Source: a bacterium
GTDB lineage: Bacteria; Hinthialibacterota; Hinthialibacteria; Hinthialibacterales; Hinthialibacteraceae
Direction of reading: 5' to 3'
Assembly: GCA_041946805.1 (NCBI GenBank)
Contig: JBHGBC010000020.1
Span: 1-54,033 of the forward strand
DNA: 54,033 bases
Shown: piece by piece, positions 48,519 to 54,033 of the stretch
Layout of the letters: every line of letters begins with the position of its first letter
Numbering within the stretch: position 1 is the first letter of the stretch
Position numbers and translations under genes: made by a program
Notes under the pieces: generated by a model
Told to the model about the DNA's origin: nothing
Seen by the model: only the letters and a program-made list of their open reading frames with translations
Database searches by the model: none

Positions 48519-48936
48519 ACCTTAATTCAACAAGACTTACGTCACTATTTCACGCCTCGTAAAAAAATCAGCGATACCAATACGATACCATTTGAATCCA
48601 AAACCTGCCCGTTTTCACTCTTTTCCCAGGTATCGTTTCCCAACCCATAATCCAATCTACCTCAGGATTATTCTCCTCAATCCGTTCAGGGGTGACAGAG
48701 TATGACTCCGACCATGGATAAGCCAACCGTCGCCATTCCCAACTGGTCATCCCCCCTGGAAACCCCCGCCGCCATCCCCCGGCGGGGCGGGAGGGGATTG
48801 GGATGATCCGGGAAAGGGCCGGGTAGAGCATGCAAGCAGTCCCTCCCAAGGGCCTGGACTTTGAGGCAGGGATCTTCCTGATTCGCGGGATCTTGCGGCA
48901 TTTGAGGGGTGGCACTTCGGTTTCAGGTTGTTTCTC

Positions 48937-51900
48937 TCAGAATATTTTGTGGACCTTGGCGTTCCCCCAGATGGAGGTATCGAGAGGTATCGCAGGGCTT
49001 TGCTGTTCCAGGATTTCGAGAAGATCTTGCAGGGTTGTGATGCGTTGTATTTTTCCATTCACTACCCCGAGAAATTCCCATTCTCCCGACTTTTCCGGCT
49101 CGATCAACCAAAAATGGCCGGCGGGATCTTCCGAGATATCTTCCAGGGTGACATATCCATCGAGGATTGAGGAGAAAAGCCGCCCCTCGGGGGAGAGAAA
49201 TTCGTGATTCTCACAATGATCGTCGAAAATGTCCGCATCCGTAGTTGCCCGGATAGGATAAGACATTCCGGGAATCTGAACCGAGTACGAAAAAGGATCC
49301 AACGATTTCCAATTCACCGCGGGCGGGCGTAGATCGGCACGGTTCAGCACTTCATCTACCTGTTTGAGAGTATAAGCCGGTTGGGGTAATTCGGGCATTT
49401 TCTCAAACTCTTCGAAGGATTCATCGATATCAAACGCCGCCTGTTCCGCTTCTCGTATCCGGGCTTCGATTTCCGCGGTGAGCCGTTGCTTTTCCGCTTC
49501 CCGTTGATGGCGCGGTTGAAATGTGAGTCTTTGAAAATCGCGGGGCAGCCGGGATAGGATCGGCTGGAGTTTCCCTACAATGCCTTGAAACAGGTTGATC
49601 CGTTGGTCCAGGGTGAAATAAACCTCTGCTTCGATCGTGTCTTTATAAGCGAAGTTGAATATACGGATCTGGGGATACCGCTGGCCAATGCGGTCGATAC
49701 GTCCAATGCGCTGTTCCACTTTCATCGGATTCCAGGGGAGGTCGTAGTTAATCAGCACCCCGCAATACTGGAGGTTTAGTCCTTCTCCCGCGGCGTCGGT
49801 ACAGATCAGGATCTCGATTTCATTCTTTTTCAAAGCCAATTTGATCTTTTCCTTGGAACAGGAACTCCAATTTCCGCCTTGGGTTCGATGGAGGCCTTCC
49901 TTCCCGTAATAGCAACCCATTGAACGAGCGGGATATTGCTGAACCAGGAAATCTTTCAGATATTCCATCGTATCCGTGTATTGGGTGAAAATGATCGCCG
50001 AAGAATACCCTTCCTCAAAAATCCGGTCCAAGCAGTTTTTCAGTTCAATCGCTTTGGAGTCTGTGTCCAGTTTGGCGATGAGATTCAAGAGTCTTTGGAT
50101 TTCCTGTTCCTCATCCGCCGCGGCGCCTTCCTGGGCTACACAGGCTGCCTCTTCCAGATCCAGCATTTCTTCGGTGGTTTCATCCGCTTCCACATCGGCT
50201 TCTTCGATGAAATCGACGCACTTCTGTAGCCGTTTTTGCAGAGTCTGTTGCAGTGCGTATAACGAACTGGCCATCCGGCGGCGGTATATGGTCATGACGA
50301 ATCCTACGGCCGAAAGTTTTTCGGGAGTCGCGCGGTTGTAGGTTTCACTGAGATAGTCTTCCACCCGGTCATACAGTTCCCGTTCCGCCTGACTCATTTC
50401 AATCGCTATGGCTTGTGGTTCACGTTGTGGAATAGGGGTTTCCAGAAGCCCCTTCTTATGATAGTGGCGCAGTAATTCCCGCGTATGCCGTGCCATTCGA
50501 TACCGCAAAGGGGTGAATTTCCGGAGGATTTTCAGCGCGGCCTTGCGGTTTCCCGCATCCAGGCGTTTGAGCGGGATATCACTTTTATGCCGGAGGGCAT
50601 CCAGGATCTTCTTGAGTTGAAACCCGTTGAGGTGAGGAAGCACCCGGGCCGCTTCCTCTTCGGTCACCAAACCAAATTCCGATTCGGTATTATGGAAAAG
50701 CCCGGCCAGATATTTCATCTCTTCATGGCTAGGATTGCCCGCCGCAAGCTCGAAATACTGGACGAAATGCTTTTCATCCTCAGCCCAGCGGGGAGGCAGA
50801 CCTAACAAATTGAGCAGATCCCACACTTCCACGGGATGCACTTGCATGGGCGTAGCGGTCAATAAGAGCAGGGACTGGCAACGTGTCTTTAACTTATGCA
50901 TCAGTTGAAGTAAAAGGTTGGGGCCACCTTCCATAGGACTGCCGGGCGACTTGCGGCGGGCGTGGTGGGCTTCATCCAGCACGATCAAATCCCATGGTTC
51001 CGCGTCTTGCAGATCCAGGACCCGGTCTTTCCGCCGCAAGAGCTGGCTGGAACACAACACAAACGGTTCTTGGTGCCATTCTTGGCGGCCGGCTTTCTTC
51101 TCGGTGGAATCCTGCCAGCCGTGCGTTTTCCGCCAGATCAGTTTGCTGCCGGTGTAGATCGGAACATTCAGATTGAACTTCTCATACAATTCATTTTGCC
51201 ACTGTTGGAGAACGGCTTTGGGCACGAGGAGAAGAATGCGCCGGGCTTTCCCCGCCAACCAGACCTGACGGATAAACAAGCCGGCCGTGATCGTTTTCCC
51301 CAAACCTACTTCATCCGCGATCAACAATCGGACCGGCCAATTTTGATACATTTTCGTAAAGGTCAACAACTGGTGCGGCCAGGGTTTCACCGTGGACGTG
51401 ACCTGACCCACCTGAAGGCCGTTCCACAGCCGGGGCGCGTAGCGGATGAAGGTCCAAACCGCCCGCCGCTTTTCATCCGGCAACAGGTTGATTTTTTCTA
51501 CCTGATCTACCGCGGGCAGGATCTCTTTCCGGCCGCTCTCCGGAGAAACAAAGGCATCAGAGGGAGGCATAAATTCGAGTATCTTGTTCCGGACCGCTTC
51601 GGGGAAATCGAAGGTCTTCACCCGGCTGGCTCGATCGGCCCAAAGGCAGGCAAAGGCATTGACCTCATCCATGACATGCTGTTTCTCCCATTCGCTTTCC
51701 CAGGAACAATGGACATGGAAACTTTCGCGGTTGTCTATCCAACCACTTTGGGTCTCGTTAATACTGCCGCTGAAACTGATCCGGTTCCCCTCCCGGTCTT
51801 GGATAATGCCCACCTTTTCATGGTAGATTCCCCTGGAAACCACCGGGCGGCCTTCGTGATCCACTGGCACGGCGACTTTCACATCCAGGTATTGGCGGCC

Positions 51901-52284
51901 AATCATCCAGGCAAGGGCTTCTAGGCCGTGGCGGGCTTGGTTATCGGGAGGATCCAGGGGAACAGCCAGCAGATTCTCTTCTATTTTTTGCCGTAAGTCG
52001 TATCCAGCCTGGATCGCCTGCACTTCATCATCATCCAGCGTGCATCCGACAATCAAGCGCATCCGGCCATGGTTGCGGATCAGCCGCGTGATTCCCCGGG
52101 CCGCGAGCGCGAGCGCGGTGGCGCTGAAAAATCCCGTGGTCCGGTCGTATTGGACCGCGCGGGACAAAGCGGGAACATAGAACAGTTCCACCAGGTCGCC
52201 ATCCTCATGCCGGTAACTGGTCTTCCATGGGATTTCGGTAAGCAACGGTGAAATTCGGGAAGCGGCGTTTACTTCTTTTTCCAT
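48937..52284 (-). CDS. PLD-nuclease plus SNF2 helicase fusion, restriction-system associated
   Basis: YDRTTGFFS, HEKVG...GSINET (PLD), LIADEVGLGKT, DEAHH, LTATP, AGEGLNLQ, PWNPMKVEQRIGRIDRIGQ. Confidence 0.92.
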   Translation of the reverse strand: MEKEVNAASRISPLLTEIPWKTSYRHEDGDLVELFYVPALSRAVQYDRTTGFFSATALALAARGITRLIRNHGRMRLIVGCTLDDDEVQAIQAGYDLRQKIEENLLAVPLDPPDNQARHGLEALAWMIGRQYLDVKVAVPVDHEGRPVVSRGIYHEKVGIIQDREGNRISFSGSINETQSGWIDNRESFHVHCSWESEWEKQHVMDEVNAFACLWADRASRVKTFDFPEAVRNKILEFMPPSDAFVSPESGRKEILPAVDQVEKINLLPDEKRRAVWTFIRYAPRLWNGLQVGQVTSTVKPWPHQLLTFTKMYQNWPVRLLIADEVGLGKTITAGLFIRQVWLAGKARRILLLVPKAVLQQWQNELYEKFNLNVPIYTGSKLIWRKTHGWQDSTEKKAGRQEWHQEPFVLCSSQLLRRKDRVLDLQDAEPWDLIVLDEAHHARRKSPGSPMEGGPNLLLQLMHKLKTRCQSLLLLTATPMQVHPVEVWDLLNLLGLPPRWAEDEKHFVQYFELAAGNPSHEEMKYLAGLFHNTESEFGLVTEEEAARVLPHLNGFQLKKILDALRHKSDIPLKRLDAGNRKAALKILRKFTPLRYRMARHTRELLRHYHKKGLLETPIPQREPQAIAIEMSQAERELYDRVEDYLSETYNRATPEKLSAVGFVMTIYRRRMASSLYALQQTLQKRLQKCVDFIEEADVEADETTEEMLDLEEAACVAQEGAAADEEQEIQRLLNLIAKLDTDSKAIELKNCLDRIFEEGYSSAIIFTQYTDTMEYLKDFLVQQYPARSMGCYYGKEGLHRTQGGNWSSCSKEKIKLALKKNEIEILICTDAAGEGLNLQYCGVLINYDLPWNPMKVEQRIGRIDRIGQRYPQIRIFNFAYKDTIEAEVYFTLDQRINLFQGIVGKLQPILSRLPRDFQRLTFQPRHQREAEKQRLTAEIEARIREAEQAAFDIDESFEEFEKMPELPQPAYTLKQVDEVLNRADLRPPAVNWKSLDPFSYSVQIPGMSYPIRATTDADIFDDHCENHEFLSPEGRLFSSILDGYVTLEDISEDPAGHFWLIEPEKSGEWEFLGVVNGKIQRITTLQDLLEILEQQSPAIPLDTSIWGNAKVHKIF

Positions 52285-52310
52285 GATCATTCCCCCCGGA
52301 TCGATCTTGG

Positions 52311-54033
52311 TTAAATCGGAAACAAGGTTTCCTGTTTGGGTTGCGGGACTTGCTCCGAAAACGCCAATCGGCGCAGTTTTTCCAATGCCTCGAAATCGTT
52401 GGCGGCTCCGGAGAGCATAGGGTCCTTTTCCTTGACCAGGGAACTTTTGGGCGGCAGCACATTGAGCAGCGCCTCTAGTGAGGTCAGCAGGGTGGGGTCG
52501 TCCAGCAATCCCATCTCCTCGATGAGGTTCTTGGCGCCGCCGGTGTTCTGCTCGATCCCCAGAAGCGCGGCTTGATGGAGCACATCGATCATGACCACAG
52601 ACCTGGTTTCCTGGTTTATAGGATCGACATCGATCAAAACGTCTCTCTGTCTGACAACCGTCCGTTTGGGTTGGCTGGCGCTTCCCAGTTTGCCCTTGCG
52701 TTTGCGGATGGTGCTGTCCCACAGGATCACGTCGTCGGCTTTGACTTCGCACACCCGGTTTTTGACTTCCGCGTCAAAATCCAGGCCCACCACCCGGGCT
52801 AGTTTCAAGGCTTCGTCCGCGGGAAAACGGGGCGCGCGGAAGGTATCCCAGGCCAGTACATACCATTCCGTGAGCGGGTCGAGATGCGACTGCCGCTTGA
52901 CCGTCGCCAATTGATTCAAGCGCCACTGTTTGACTTCACGCCGGGCGGCGTCGAGAGCGTCTTCCGGCCGGACGGCGTAGGGATCCCAATCCGCCGGACT
53001 CACTCCATTCGGCCTTTGGACCGGGCGGCCCCGCTGCAACGGCCAGGCTTCGCTGAATATCTGCAACGCCGGGCCGAAAGAGGCCAGGTACAAATCCACT
53101 CCCCGGATCCCGGCGTATTGAAACTCCATCACCCGCCCGCGCACCGCCTCCGCCAGCCGGGGTTCGATATCTTCCCAATAAACGGCCTCCCCCTCTGTTT
53201 CCCGTTCTTCACGCATCCGGCAGACCAGGAAGATCGTGCTTTTGGCGGCCGATTTCTCCTTGATGTGCAGGCTGCCTTCCGCTTCCGTGTTGACCGGCCA
53301 GGAGGCGGTGATGGTAAATCCGGCCTTCACCAGGCCCGTGGCCAGGGCGTCCCAGGCTCCACTGGCTTTGTGGGTGAACATCAAGGTCATGACCCCGTCC
53401 GGTTTCAGTACCCGGCGGCATTCCTTGAAGATGGCGGCCATGCGTTCCTGATAATCCTGTTGCGCCAGGGTTTTGGCCCCTTTATTACCCTTGAACTTGG
53501 CGGGATTGGCCACGGCCTCGCGGTCTTTATCGGTCAGGTAATCGACAAAGAGTTCAGGAAAAAGCAGCCCGGCAGTGCGTTTGAGCCAGACATAGAAGAA
53601 ATCGGACAATTCCGCGTACATCACATTGTCATAGTAGGGCGGGTCCATGACGATGCAGTCCACGCTGGCATCGGGTAAATCCAGGTTATCCGCCGAACCG
53701 CGGCGGATATCGATCGCACTGCTATTAGGACTGTCAGAATCATAGAGATAATTACCCTCTTGCGAGCCGGTCAGTTCGATCAGTTCATCCAACGCCTTTC
53801 CGGTTTGTTTTAATGCCCAATCATACCCCAAGCCTGTAATCGTAGGGGCCATCTCGGCAAAACTCCAACAGAAAGCAAAGTCATGGCGATTGAACGTATT
53901 GGCTACTACTTCCCGGGTAGGCATCCATACACTCATGCGTGAGTTGTAATTCAACATTTTATCCACGGCGATGGCGATATATTGATCCTTACGAAAGTAT
54001 CCCGACATCACATTGTAATATAGCTTAGTTTGG
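52311..54033 (-). CDS. DUF1156-type adenine DNA methyltransferase, 5' end outside the window
   Basis: MDPPYYDNVMYAELSDFFYVWLKR, RVLKPDG..FTHK, SWPVNTE; frame open to the window edge. Confidence 0.88.
   Translation of the reverse strand, partial: QTKLYYNVMSGYFRKDQYIAIAVDKMLNYNSRMSVWMPTREVVANTFNRHDFAFCWSFAEMAPTITGLGYDWALKQTGKALDELIELTGSQEGNYLYDSDSPNSSAIDIRRGSADNLDLPDASVDCIVMDPPYYDNVMYAELSDFFYVWLKRTAGLLFPELFVDYLTDKDREAVANPAKFKGNKGAKTLAQQDYQERMAAIFKECRRVLKPDGVMTLMFTHKASGAWDALATGLVKAGFTITASWPVNTEAEGSLHIKEKSAAKSTIFLVCRMREERETEGEAVYWEDIEPRLAEAVRGRVMEFQYAGIRGVDLYLASFGPALQIFSEAWPLQRGRPVQRPNGVSPADWDPYAVRPEDALDAARREVKQWRLNQLATVKRQSHLDPLTEWYVLAWDTFRAPRFPADEALKLARVVGLDFDAEVKNRVCEVKADDVILWDSTIRKRKGKLGSASQPKRTVVRQRDVLIDVDPINQETRSVVMIDVLHQAALLGIEQNTGGAKNLIEEMGLLDDPTLLTSLEALLNVLPPKSSLVKEKDPMLSGAANDFEALEKLRRLAFSEQVPQPKQETLFPI

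Noticed and set aside
48568..48915. Small ORFs between the tRNA and the helicase
   Set aside because: No recognisable motif or good start; possibly a remnant, but not supportable from the sequence
52285..52752. N-terminal extension of the helicase ORF (likewise 4756-5106, 7659-7829, 46144-46302, 47766-47831)
   Set aside because: These overlap neighbouring genes or regulatory DNA; downstream starts fit the RBS and family boundaries better

Overview
GC-rich (~60%) bacterial chromosomal window, mostly housekeeping and envelope genes: GH38-like protein, divergent amidase and GerMN; surE; a globin-coupled histidine kinase with an NtrC-family regulator; an orphan dctM; Tat-signal aminotransferase and oxidoreductase; secE-nusG-rplKA-(phosphatase)-rplJL; an ArsR/RND/YgaP/CoADR-rhodanese cluster; amtB-glnK; two pilin-like genes; a large Pro/Thr-repeat secreted protein; VIT-vWA; PSP1/RicT; rimO; pgpA; and tRNA-Arg. 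After the tRNA comes the edge of a probable defence island (PLD-SNF2 helicase plus DUF1156-type methyltransferase). Intergenic DNA carries REP-like hairpins, a ~210-bp MITE family and an IS3 remnant. The standout is 10227-11390. A ~750-nt stretch with no credible ORF carries 12 same-strand ACGGCA(T/A/G)C motifs. It is bounded by a perfectly spaced sigma54 promoter with tandem upstream TGAC-N6-GTCA palindromes and by a strong intrinsic terminator. It lies directly upstream of the globin-sensor/sigma54-activator operon, whose own promoter region carries the same palindrome. This is a candidate gas-regulated, protein-sponging long ncRNA system, analogous in architecture to CbrAB-CrcZ but with a different motif. 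All assignments come from reading motifs by eye; no database searches or folding programs were run.
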